From Octopus sinensis (Eukaryota): DNA of 64,000 nucleotides. Location of the stretch: contig NC_043017.1 in the NCBI RefSeq assembly GCF_006345805.1, positions 31,248,001 through 31,312,000 of the forward strand, given 5' to 3'. Positions 12,029 to 22,577 of the stretch are shown piece by piece (positions within the stretch are counted from its first letter, which is position 1; each line of letters starts with the position of its first letter). Position numbers and translations under genes: made by a program. The notes under the pieces were generated by a model. That model saw only the letters and a program-made list of their open reading frames with translations, was not told the origin of the DNA and searched no databases.

Positions 12029-13558
12029 ATGTCGTCTAGCATGGAGCCTACCGTTGGAGCAGAAATACTTGTTTCTCCTGTTGAGAGGAGGAAATACATG
12101 TCCGGCGAGGAGCCAACTACAGACAAGGAAATAGGGGTTTCCCCCGCTACAAGAAGGAATAGCAGAGAGGATAATATATTTGATATTTTTGGAGATGTGT
12201 CTGAGAGCTCGTCAGAACTTTCACCAGAAGAGTTTCCGACTTTGCCAGAGAACAAAGGCATTGTGTCGAAGAGAATAATTGATGTGCCTAGCATCCAGAT
12301 AGAACCAAAAAATGGAAAAAAAAGTTTTGCGTTGGCTGCTGGGGGTGGAACCCAGATACTGTCGACGAATAAAAGCGAAATTATGAAATACAGCAAAATG
12401 ATGGAAATAAATGACAACAGTGTGAAAATTGAACCTCCGCAAAAGTTATTACAGGAAGAAAAGCAAAAAACAATAATTTTCAAAACATATTGTCTACAAA
12501 ATAGAAAAATTGAAAGAATGTCAGAAGAGAAAATAGAAAAGTGCTTAAAGCCAATATTGGGCGACGTAGTATTTCTGAGAAGAGGAAAAAAATTCGGAAC
12601 GGTGGAAGTAAGGTTCACCAATAAAGAAATAGCACACAAGAACTCAGTGGAAACGTTGAAAACGAACGACGTGGAGTTAATACCCTATTATATGGGGATG
12701 AGGACGTCGCGAATAAAAATTACAAGGGTCCCGCCAGAGGTCGAACCTATGTGGTTGTTGGCGGCAGTCCTAATCAAAGAGGTAGAAAAAATTACTCTCC
12801 TCCAGGCTACCGCTACGGAAAACCCACGCTGGGATGGTAAAACAATTAATCTTCTCATTCAAGCGGACCCTAAAATAATTCAAACAATTCCTGAGACAAT
12901 TGAGGTAGGGGAGGAGAACCTCGTGGTGTTTGTTGAGGGCCGAAAACCTCGATGTTTTTTATGTGGTCAATTAGGCCACATTCGAAGGAACTGCAAGGAA
13001 AATGAAGAAGAGGAGGAAGAGGAGAAAAAAGACAAAGAGGAAGAAGATAAAGAAGAAACAGATGAGAAAAAAACAACAAACAAAAGAAAAATACAACCAG
13101 CAACCCAGCCGAGAGCGGCGACTACTACAGAACAACGACCAAAAAAGACTGCCAGAAGAGAAAAAGAAGAAAAAGGCATAATAGCCGTATACACTAAAGA
13201 TACTGAGCTCATGAGAGACATTCAACTCATAAAGACTGTAAAAAAAATTGATAACCTTTCAGAGGAATTTATCAATTACGACATATATGAAGTCTCAAAT
13301 AAGACTTATAGAATTCTACAAAATAAGTACAGAAAGACTGTATCTTCATTGAGATTAGATTTTAACAAGTCGATATTTCATGGATTACCAGCTCCGATCC
13401 CGCGAGAAAAGGAAAAGGTGGAGATTCCCCCTCCACCTGATAATTCTGTGTCGGTGGTGAGACGGGATTTTGACAAATCTATTTCCCAAGACCGTCCACC
13501 TCCGACCCTGGATAAAAAAAAGGTGGAGGGTCCCCCTCCACCGGACAATCCTAATTAA
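12029..13558 (+). CDS. LINE ORF1 nucleic-acid-binding protein with CCHC zinc knuckle
   Basis: First in-frame ATG is at 12029 (the ORF track opens at TTG 12002). Contains CFLCGQLGHIRRNC (CX2CX4HX4C), an acidic E/K tract and a duplicated Pro-rich C-terminal motif. Confidence 0.9.
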   Translation: MSSSMEPTVGAEILVSPVERRKYMSGEEPTTDKEIGVSPATRRNSREDNIFDIFGDVSESSSELSPEEFPTLPENKGIVSKRIIDVPSIQIEPKNGKKSFALAAGGGTQILSTNKSEIMKYSKMMEINDNSVKIEPPQKLLQEEKQKTIIFKTYCLQNRKIERMSEEKIEKCLKPILGDVVFLRRGKKFGTVEVRFTNKEIAHKNSVETLKTNDVELIPYYMGMRTSRIKITRVPPEVEPMWLLAAVLIKEVEKITLLQATATENPRWDGKTINLLIQADPKIIQTIPETIEVGEENLVVFVEGRKPRCFLCGQLGHIRRNCKENEEEEEEEKKDKEEEDKEETDEKKTTNKRKIQPATQPRAATTTEQRPKKTARREKEEKGIIAVYTKDTELMRDIQLIKTVKKIDNLSEEFINYDIYEVSNKTYRILQNKYRKTVSSLRLDFNKSIFHGLPAPIPREKEKVEIPPPPDNSVSVVRRDFDKSISQDRPPPTLDKKKVEGPPPPDNPN

Positions 13559-13569
13559 ACAGGTAAGTG

Positions 13570-16500
13570 ATGGCTATTCACATTGGTTGTTTAAATGTTC
13601 ATGGCCTGTTGTCAAGCTGGAAGCAAGGACGCTTTCTGAATGACATCAGGTCGAGAAATTTGGATGTAATTGTTGCAACGGAAACCCGGGTGAAGGGGCC
13701 AAGAGATCTGCTCCCCCTCCTGAACGGCTACGAGAAATACGTTTCTCCGAGTCGGGCGGGAGGTGGGGGTGGGGTGTTGGTCCTACTAAAAAGAAACCGG
13801 GTAGCCGAGAAAAAGTTGGTTTTTTCTGACCCAGAAGGCAGGCTGGTCGTTCTCGACTTGACATTCAGTTGTGGCAAGACAATCAGGCTGGTCGCTATTT
13901 ATGCACCAAACATTATTGGCCCGCAAACTGAATATTTTCGTGGCCTAGGAAAGTTCCTAGCCACGTCGCATTCACTAGTAGTGTTAGGAGACTCTAATAC
14001 AATATGTGCAGCACACACAGATTGTGTTGGCTCAAACTCGAACATGAACAGAAAATGTAACACAGGCTTTCGGGATCTGCTAAGTCAATTTCAGCTAGCA
14101 GATCCATATAGGTTGGAGCACCCGAACACTCCACAGTGGACGTGGTCAAATAGTGACGGGTCTACCAGAACATATCTAGATAGGATTTTAATTAGAGAAA
14201 AAGATAAGTCCATAGTTGAGTGTCCACAGTTTTTTCTAGTCAGCTACAGTGACCACAAGATGGTTACCTGTAAACTGACGGTAGATAAGTTGCATAGACA
14301 GGGATCTGGCTACTGGAAACTCAATACGTCCCTTTTGGCGATTGAGGAGTACAGAAAGCGGATCAAGATGTTAATACAGAGGGCATTAACAGGTACCATC
14401 ATTAATAACAAATGGTGGTACGCCCTAAAAAGAGCCATCAAATATGAGTCTATTAGGTTTAGCATAAGTTTAGCTAAGAAGGGACGTAAAATAGGAGATG
14501 GTCTAGTTAAGGAACTAGAAGAAGCCTGGAGGACTGGTAATACAGACCAAGCGAGGGTGAAAAGACTGGAGTTAAACCAGCATCTTGAAGCCCACCACAT
14601 GGGAAGTATTACCAGAGCTAAGTTACGTGCAATGGGAAGTGAAGGAATCAAAGCCGCTGGATGGGCCCGAGTGGTGGAAGCTCGGCAAGGAAATAGTTCC
14701 TCTATTCGGTCTTTGACGAATCAAAATGGTGTCTTGATAAACGAACCCGAGAAAATGTGTGAGGTCTTTCGGGAGTACTTCGCCCAGCTGTTCGGGGGTG
14801 ACGGCGGTCCTGGTGGTGGGAGAGCCCTCGAGGACTTTCTTACCGGGCTGCCGTGCCTCTCGGGGTCGGATGCGGAGTCTTGCGAAGGGCCAATCACACT
14901 GGAGGAGGTGATGGAGGCTTTGGCCGATTGTAAAGCGGGTAAGTCGCCGGGACTTGATGGTCTTCCGTACGAGCTGTATAAATGTATGCCAGACTTGTTC
15001 GGGCAACTACTGACTGACGTGTACGCGAACTGGAAACAGAATGGGTTTATCCCCAGATCTGTGCGCCGGGGAGTAGTGACGTTGGTCAGAAAGGACCCGG
15101 ACAAGGGGGACGTTCTAGAGAATTTCAGGCCCATCACTCTGTTAAACGCAGAAGTGAAGATTTTGGCCAAGGTTCTAGCAAAAAGGTTGGCGCGTGTCGC
15201 GAATGGTATAGTCGGGGAGGCACAGACATGTGCCATCCCAGGCAGAACCATTCAGGATACCCTCCATCTTATTCGCTATACCATAGAGAGGTTTGGTAAT
15301 AAATCTGGCAAAGGTGGGGCATTGGTGCATTTGGACCAGTCTAAAGCTTTTGATAGGGTTGACCATCGATACCTAGCGACTGTACTTGCGCGGTTTGGCC
15401 TGGGCCTTGGCTTCCTCAGGTGGTTTATCGCTTTGTACCACAACATTGACTCGATAGTTCGGGTGAACGGTTTCCTTTCGAAGCCGTTCTGCATCAGACG
15501 CTCGGTTCGTCAAGGATGTCCGCTTTCACCACTTTTGTATGTGATGGCTCTCGAGCCATTACTGCAAAGGTTGAGTGGCATCCCGAGAGAACCAGGACTA
15601 GAGGAGTTTGTTACGGCTTTCGCGGATGATATCACTATCAGTGTAACCACAGTGGTACGCCTACGTGAAGTAGGTAAGACTATTGAGGCTTACGAGGAGG
15701 TAGCAGGAGCAAAGATTAACCGGGAAAAGTCGGTCGGCTTGCAGCTCGGCACCTGGGTTGGCAAGTCGATGCCTTCAGACAGTGTTGTTAGGCGCTGGAC
15801 GGAGGGACCGGTTAAGTTGCTGGGAGTCTGGTTTGGACCAGGCCTCCAGATAGAGAAGAACTGGACGGAGGTATTGAGCAGGGTGGCTGCAGTAGTCAAG
15901 ACTTGGTCTTGGCGGTGGCTATCCCTGAAAGGGAGGGCGGAAGTGGCCAATGTGTTTATCGCATCGGTCATTACCTACCGCCTGACTGTCGTGCCCTGTC
16001 CGGATTCGTGGTTGATCAGGTTGGAGAGACAGCTCTTTCGCTTTTTGTGGAAGGGCAGGTCGCCACTTGTGAAACGCTCTGTCTGCTGTCAAAAGCCTTT
16101 AAATGGAGGTTTAGGGATGCCTTGGTTAATGATGCGCAGACATGCGTTGAGGTTGAGGCACCTCTGGATTCTCCTGGATAGTGAACGGGTGTGGTCTCCG
16201 CTGGCCAGACAAATGTTCCCTGAGTTCAAGAGTTTTTGCGAACAGGAAGCCTGGTGTTCTCGTAGACCGAGGTCGAGTGAGTGGCATAAAGAGTGCCGTA
16301 AGGCCCTCTTGCTGTTCCGGCGCTCGGGCAACGCCAGCGGTGGGGGTTCCACACGGATTTTATATAGTGGGTTGGTAGAGTCTGAATGCGACGATGGCCT
16401 GGGGTCGACTCTAGGTCTCGGATTTATTCAACTGGACAGCTTGTTTCATCGTACATTCGGGTTGAGAACGTTGGACAACTTCCAAAAGTCCTTAACCTGG

Positions 16501-16971
16501 CAATGCTACAGAGGTGCCTTGCCCGTTTGGGATAAGCTCGCAAGACATGGTAAACGTCAGTCGCCGACCTGTCCAAGATGCGGTGGGGACAGGGAAACCG
16601 TCCCTCACGCTATTGTTCAGTGTCCGGAGATAACTGAAATGTGGGCTTATGCTGAACATCTGTTGTCCGGCGAAGGAAGAGTACGGCTGTCGACTGAGTC
16701 AATTATAAAAATTGACCCACCGGGAGTTCTAACGAACGAAGGTAAGAATTGTTTTCTCACGGTTGTAGCAATAGCAAAAGAGGCTGTATGGAATACTAGG
16801 ATAAAAGGAATTAAGACAGGCAACTTTATCTCTGGTGACAATTTACGATCCTTTTTTTCTTTTCATTTGAAAAGGAAACTGTGGCTGGAGAAGAGGTGTC
16901 TGTCAGAGTGTACGTTCCAAAAGAGATGGAAGTATGTTGCACGAGTGTTGTGCGTGCAAGGAACCGTGTGA
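13570..16971 (+). CDS. LINE ORF2: AP endonuclease + reverse transcriptase + C-terminal zinc finger
   Basis: APE motifs LNVHGL, ATET, AIYAP, GDSN, YLDRI, SDH. The YWKLN motif is typical of L1/Tx1. RT motifs KSPGLDG, FRPITLLN, LDQSKAFDRV, RQGCPLSP, FADD. C-terminal CPRC...H...C. No stops or frameshifts over ~1133 aa. Confidence 0.97.
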   Translation: MAIHIGCLNVHGLLSSWKQGRFLNDIRSRNLDVIVATETRVKGPRDLLPLLNGYEKYVSPSRAGGGGGVLVLLKRNRVAEKKLVFSDPEGRLVVLDLTFSCGKTIRLVAIYAPNIIGPQTEYFRGLGKFLATSHSLVVLGDSNTICAAHTDCVGSNSNMNRKCNTGFRDLLSQFQLADPYRLEHPNTPQWTWSNSDGSTRTYLDRILIREKDKSIVECPQFFLVSYSDHKMVTCKLTVDKLHRQGSGYWKLNTSLLAIEEYRKRIKMLIQRALTGTIINNKWWYALKRAIKYESIRFSISLAKKGRKIGDGLVKELEEAWRTGNTDQARVKRLELNQHLEAHHMGSITRAKLRAMGSEGIKAAGWARVVEARQGNSSSIRSLTNQNGVLINEPEKMCEVFREYFAQLFGGDGGPGGGRALEDFLTGLPCLSGSDAESCEGPITLEEVMEALADCKAGKSPGLDGLPYELYKCMPDLFGQLLTDVYANWKQNGFIPRSVRRGVVTLVRKDPDKGDVLENFRPITLLNAEVKILAKVLAKRLARVANGIVGEAQTCAIPGRTIQDTLHLIRYTIERFGNKSGKGGALVHLDQSKAFDRVDHRYLATVLARFGLGLGFLRWFIALYHNIDSIVRVNGFLSKPFCIRRSVRQGCPLSPLLYVMALEPLLQRLSGIPREPGLEEFVTAFADDITISVTTVVRLREVGKTIEAYEEVAGAKINREKSVGLQLGTWVGKSMPSDSVVRRWTEGPVKLLGVWFGPGLQIEKNWTEVLSRVAAVVKTWSWRWLSLKGRAEVANVFIASVITYRLTVVPCPDSWLIRLERQLFRFLWKGRSPLVKRSVCCQKPLNGGLGMPWLMMRRHALRLRHLWILLDSERVWSPLARQMFPEFKSFCEQEAWCSRRPRSSEWHKECRKALLLFRRSGNASGGGSTRILYSGLVESECDDGLGSTLGLGFIQLDSLFHRTFGLRTLDNFQKSLTWQCYRGALPVWDKLARHGKRQSPTCPRCGGDRETVPHAIVQCPEITEMWAYAEHLLSGEGRVRLSTESIIKIDPPGVLTNEGKNCFLTVVAIAKEAVWNTRIKGIKTGNFISGDNLRSFFSFHLKRKLWLEKRCLSECTFQKRWKYVARVLCVQGTV

Positions 16972-17219
16972 ATAGACGAGAAAAAAAAAAAAAAAGGAAA
17001 AATAAAAAGGTATCAGCGGTAGATCGGGGCTTGTGGGATCGGAGCGTAACTTGATCATCGCTTCATTTGTATTGTTTTTGTACTGTGTATTCCATTCGAT
17101 TTTTATGTATTGTATTTTATTTTTGATGTCACATTTATGTAAAATCATATCGATTCACTGATCCCATCAGTTGTACTGTCCATATCTATGTTTGGCCCCC
17201 GGTGGGCAATAAAGAAATT

Positions 17220-17970
17220 CGTATTTCGTCTGCCGTTACGTTCTGAGTTCAAATTCTGCCGAGGTTGACTTTGCCTTTCATCCTTTCGGGGTCGATAAGT
17301 TAAGTACTAGTTACGCACTGGGGTCGAGGTAATCGACTTAATCCGTTTGTCTGTCCTTGTTTGTCCTCTCTGTGTTTAGCCCCTTGTGGGTAGTAAAGAA
17401 ATAGGTATTTCGACTACCGCTACGTTCTGAGTTCACATTCCGCCGAGGTCGACTTTGTCTTTCATCCTTTCGGGGTCGATAAATTAAGTACCAGTTACGC
17501 ACTGGGGTCGATGTAATCTACTTAATCCGTTTGTCTGTCCTTGTTTGTCCTCTCTGTGTTTAGCCGCTTGTGGGTAGTAAAGAAATGGGTATTTCGTCCG
17601 CCGTTACGTTCTGAGTTCAAATTCCGCAGAGGTCGACTTTGCCTTTCATCCTTTCGGGGTCGATAAATTAAGTACCAGTTACGCACTGGAGTTAATGTAA
17701 TCGACTTAATCCGTTTGTCTGTCCTTGTTTGTCCTCTCTGTGTTTAGCCGCTTGTGGGTAGTAAAGAAATGGGTATTTCGTCCGCCGTTACGTTCTGAGT
17801 TCAAATTCCGCAGAGGTCGACTTTGCCTTCATCCTTTCGGGGTCGATAAATTAAGTACCAGTTACGCACTGGAGTCAATGTAATCGACTTAATCCGTTTG
17901 TCTGTCCTTGTTTGTCCTCTCTGTGTTTAGCCCCTTCTGGGTAGTAAAGAAATAGGTATTTTGTCTGCCG
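17220..17970 (+). repeat. Tandem array of four headless SINE-A units (~184-bp period) plus a terminal 15-bp target copy
   Basis: Units start with GTATTTCG at 17221, 17405, 17589 and 17773 and each ends ...TAAAGAAATRG. A final GTATTTTGTCTGCCG at 17956-17970 is followed by unrelated sequence. Confidence 0.93.
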
Positions 17971-18859
17971 GATTATGGAAAATTTGGCAGATTATGGAAA
18001 ATTCTTTCGCTTTATACGCTTGTAGGAAAAATGTAGATAACATTGGAAAAGCGAGGAGGTATGTAGCATGACAACGCACCGTCTTTTGATCCACGCCCAG
18101 TAAGCTAAACAACAAGTCTTTATTAACATTTTCATCAATAAATTTTCTACGCTTCCTTTTTATTCAATAATTTCTATCTCTTTCAATAAGTTGTATGTCA
18201 AATAAAATGTAATATCACACCTTCACACAGCACTTACACACACATACGCGCACACACACAGACATACAGAAAGAAAGAAGTTCTCATATTTGGTATACAC
18301 ACACAAACTAATCGAAGAAGCTGTCATAATTTATGTCGGTTCACGCGAATGCGCGAAATTATGCGCATTTTTTTTTGTTTTTGTTTTTGCCATTTTTTAT
18401 TTCAAAATTTATATTAAAATTTTGAAAGAAAAATATTTTTTGCCGAATCATACTGTCGGATTTTTCAAACATAAATTTAAAATAAAACAAGGAAAAGTTC
18501 AAAAAGAAAGACAGGCAATTTAACAAAAAAAAAAAAGAAAGAACTAAAACAAAATTGGCATTTCGTATGTTTTCGCAGACAGAATCAAAACATAACACAG
18601 GGAAAAATAAATAAATCCGAAATATAGTCGAAAAAATAAAGAAAAAAATGTTGCTGACAGATATATGGTGTGTTTCGATCAGAATTCAGCTATACAAAGT
18701 ATTAGAAATTATGGATTTTTTTTTCGTGTTTGTAACTCGAAAAATCTTTTGCCCTTAAATTTTAGATATTTCTTACTCTTATAAGCAAGTGGGAAAATGA
18801 TGTAACTTGCACAAGTAGTTCTGCCCATAAAAAATACAGATAGAAAGTAAAACCAACGT

Positions 18860-19580
18860 CAGCCAATATAATGTAAACGACCTGAAGTATGGATTTATCT
18901 CTCTACCTTTAACTCAACGTTGACCTACGTGGCTTTTTTTGTGAAAATATTTTATGACATGAAGCTATGAAATTATCGCCTCTACAAGAGGACTTTTCGA
19001 GAAAGTACCCAGAAAAAAATATTTATGTGATATATTAGTTACAAAAAGAAAACATTTGAAAGATACCCTACTCTAGATATGTCTAACAAACATAATCCAA
19101 AAACATGGCAATCGTGTTATTGCTTCATGCAAGATATCACAACTGATAGATAAATGTAGGAAACGATATTTCAGTTTCTGAAATATTTTTCACCGTCGTT
19201 CTTAAAGTAGCTACAGATACCTTAAAATCGGTTCCTTTTAGTAATAACTCTCTGTCACTTACCAGATTGATGAAATGAGTGAAGATATTGAAAATCAGTT
19301 GTGCATAAAACTTAGAAGGTCGAAATTTAGTATACGGCAATAACAAACCAACTACCTGTACGTTGCAGCGAAGCTTTCTTTATCCGTGGCTTATGTGCAT
19401 TTGGTTAAAAGAGTGAAAATCTGTGAAGAATTTTTTTTCGGTAAATCGCTCAAAATAGATACAAAATAACACCAAAAAATAATTATGGATGTTTTAAAAA
19501 GTTGCCATTAAGATGGAAATATTTCTTTCAGTAACATGGTATTGTGCACAACTGGTGATGCACCATTTGTGCAGGTCACC
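18860..19580 (+). pseudogene. hAT (Charlie/Buster-like) transposase relic
   Basis: Manual translation across frameshifts: LKYGFI, PFSNNS..RIDEMSEDIENQLC, AYVH, EEFFFGKSLKIDTK, CTTGDAP. Confidence 0.65.
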
Positions 19581-20674
19581 AAGCTCGATGATGTCGTGTA
19601 TGAGAAAGTTCTTGAACTATGTGCAAGTAATTCAACAGCAATAATTTATTGTTAAAGCGTTTAGTGCAGTGGTTACCAAACCGATTTTTACTTATCAACC
19701 AACTTTGGTTCGTATTTTATTTCCGTAGTCATTCCGTGTATAAAAGAAACTAGTTTTATAGATAATGCTTTCAAATTTCCTATTTCACTTTTCGCACATT
19801 CACTTGTGTAGCTAAACTCAAGTTATGCTCCAATAATATTTTTACTGTTAAAATGCTGACCTCTGTTAATTATGCTGAGAGAGAAATGTGTAATTCTTTT
19901 GTAAACTAAGTTTTTTTCCTTCATTACTTAGCTTGTCTGTAATGCTTTTACGTGATTACCTGAATGGGAAAGCGAATTGGGAAAGAAAAAGAGGGAAAGA
20001 AAAGAGAGAGAAAAAGAGAGTAAGGTGAAGAGGGAGAGAGAAAGAGGGAGAGTGATGTGTATTGAGCCTATAAAACTGTGTATAAAGTACATAAAGTGTA
20101 TATATAAAGAGCATTAAGTAATCATCGTATTCCAGTTTCCTTCTCTTTTCAGATGAGTGAATATCTTTTTATACAAACACAACACAGGCTACGCTTTCAG
20201 GGCTTTTGAATAAAGTTTTCAGAAATAACCCAACACGTTTACCATTAATGCTGTGAAATAATCACTGGTCCCGCTAGTATATAATATTTTGGGATACCTT
20301 TAGTCAATGTGTCAGAGTATATGGACGGCCCGTGTTAGCTGGCCATCGAATCTTATCTACAAAACTTCTGTAACCGAGCTCAAAGTGCATTGAATTGCTG
20401 CTTAACAAATATAGCCATTGCACCTTACTTCTATGGTTACTACAATTTAATGGCAGACTAGTTGTGTCTCTACCGTGCATGCACTCTATCCAGCCAAATG
20501 TCGCTGAATATTAACAATATGGTGGATGTATCTAAGGCAGTAGGTTGGTAGAATTGTTTGCATGCTGGACAAAATGTTTAGTAGCATTTCATTCGTCATT
20601 ACGTTCTGAGTTCAAATGCTGCCGCAGTCAACTTTGCCTTTCATCCTTTCGAGGTCAATAAAATGAATACCCAT

Positions 20675-20904
20675 TATTTTACTACACACAAGGGGCTAAA
20701 CATAGAGGGGACAAACAAGGACAGACATACGAATTAAGTCGATTACATCGAGCCCAGTGCATAATTGGTACTTAATTCATCGACCCCGAAAGGATGAAAG
20801 GCAAAATCGACCTCGGCAGAATTTGAACTCAGAACGTAACGGCAGACGAAATACGGCTACGCCTTTCGCCTGACGTGCTAACGGTTCTGCCTGCTCGCCG
20901 CCTT
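20675..20904 (-). mobile_element. Young SINE-A inserted antisense into an older SINE-A-related copy (~20534-20992, +) that has a different tail
   Basis: A complete reverse-complement SINE-A interrupts a diverged + strand copy that ends ...GGCCTTGCGCCAAAATCTGAAACC. Confidence 0.8.
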
Positions 20905-21839
20905 ACCAGTTGATCACTTGGGGTCACTATAATCGACTTAACTCCACCCCAGCCCGCCCTAAATTGCTGGCCTTGCGCCAAAATCTGAAACCAATATAAT
21001 GGATGTATCTCAGACATATAAACCCGGTAGCTTAGCCAAATGAATACTGAGGATTCCTTAAGCCTAAAACCAGTACCATTCATTCAATTCTACACATAAA
21101 GTACTCTTAGCCACACCTGAATTGTGATATTAATACATCTCATTCATTTCCAGGATAATGTATACATTCCTATAGATCTGTTGTTCTCGGCTGGGGGTTC
21201 GTATGGCCCTTGTGATTCCGTATGACTCTTGAGGATCCATGTTATATTTTGTTAAAATTTATATAAATAAAATGGCCATACTATATATTTTATATATTTT
21301 AATATATTTTATACATTGTAGAACAATGTATAAAATATATTAACAACTTTCTAATACAATTCCTAATGAAATTTAATTCTAAAACCACAATGGGATTTTT
21401 AAACATCAAATGATGTTTATGAGGGTCCGTCTGAGTAAAATCTGAATCAAAGAGGGCCATGGGTAAGAAATGGCTGTAAACCACTGCTCTGGGTGTTAGG
21501 CCCTTGAAATTATCATCCGAATTTTTTCCCTCCTTAAGGAAGATATTCCAAACAAATTAGCATTGGTAATATACAACATCGTTTTTTATCATAGGCTAAA
21601 TTTCCTTGCGTATTCATGCGCAAAATTCTACACGCATACAGTAGTTCTATCGTAATTATTTTAGCTGGTAGGAGTTTGAGCTTCAAGGATAATTGTATAT
21701 GTAATATTCTCTTCAAGGTTAGGTAAATATCGCTTTATTTGTGGTAAGAAATCGACCACGTTATCTATTATAGCCACAGATTATGTATGTTTCGTTAGAC
21801 ATTCGACTAGAGAATAATTATTTTTACTTATTTACACAT

Positions 21840-21981
21840 GAAAGCACACAAACACACACGAACACACACACGCACACACACTCACATATCTATATTTGTG
21901 TGCATATATATATATATATATATATTCATATCTGCGTATACATGTATGTATATATATATATACCTATATATATATATATAT

Positions 21982-22019
<38 letters not shown>

Positions 22020-22243
22020 ATGCATATATATATGTGTATATATATATACATATATACATATATATGTATGTATAAATATATATATATATATATACATACA
22101 CACACACACACACATATATATATACATATGCATATATATATATGTGTATATATATATACATATATACATATATATGTATATACATATAACATATATTTAT
22201 TGTGTGCATGTATATGTGTATAGGTATATATATATATATTTAT

Positions 22244-22294
<51 letters not shown>

Positions 22295-22295
22295 C

Positions 22296-22362
<67 letters not shown>
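21840..22362. repeat. (CA)n/(TA)n and (TAGA)n microsatellites
   Basis: Direct reading. Other large TA-rich tracts at ~1950-2750, 23360-23600, 23860-23960, 53215-53685 and 60770-61215. Confidence 0.95.
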
Positions 22363-22501
22363 CACGTAAAATGAACACTGCATAACGCGCTAGAATGAGG
22401 GAATTTGAATATAACTGTGAATATAATAGGCCGAACTACTCGTCTCTTTGACCTCGTGTTGATATATAGCGTGCAGTCCGACAAATTATATTTTATGACG
22501 T

Positions 22502-22577
22502 ACCTCACCGATGATCTGAGGATAATTATGTAAGTAAAATTGCATAATTTATTAACAGTGAAACAATTGTATGGGGT
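22502..22577 (+). ncRNA. Hammerhead ribozyme motif, paralog of 28381-28462 (U4C variant)
   Basis: ACCTCA-CCGATGA-TCTG...CAGT-GAAA-CAATTG-TA/TGGGGT. The stem II loop and downstream sequence are homologous to the 28.4-kb copy. Confidence 0.65.

Larger units (their letters stand above)
11865..17219 (+). mobile_element. Full-length L1-clade (Tx1-like) non-LTR retrotransposon, both ORFs intact
   Basis: Two long tandem ORFs (CCHC ORF1; APE-RT ORF2), a short 5' UTR and a ~250-bp 3' UTR. It is flanked by an exact 16-bp TSD CGTATTTCGTCTGCCG at 11849-11864 and 17220-17235. It ends in ...GGGCAATAAAGAAATT with no poly(A). Confidence 0.95.

Noticed and set aside
11980-17148. Antisense and alternate-frame ORFs inside the LINE
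   Set aside because: They are shadows of the GC-richer coding strand with no motifs. An ORF0-like role for 11980-12639 is unsupported.
17220-17970. CRISPR-like regular array next to an RT gene
   Set aside because: The units are whole 184-bp SINE bodies with no unique spacers, there are no cas genes, and the context is eukaryotic.
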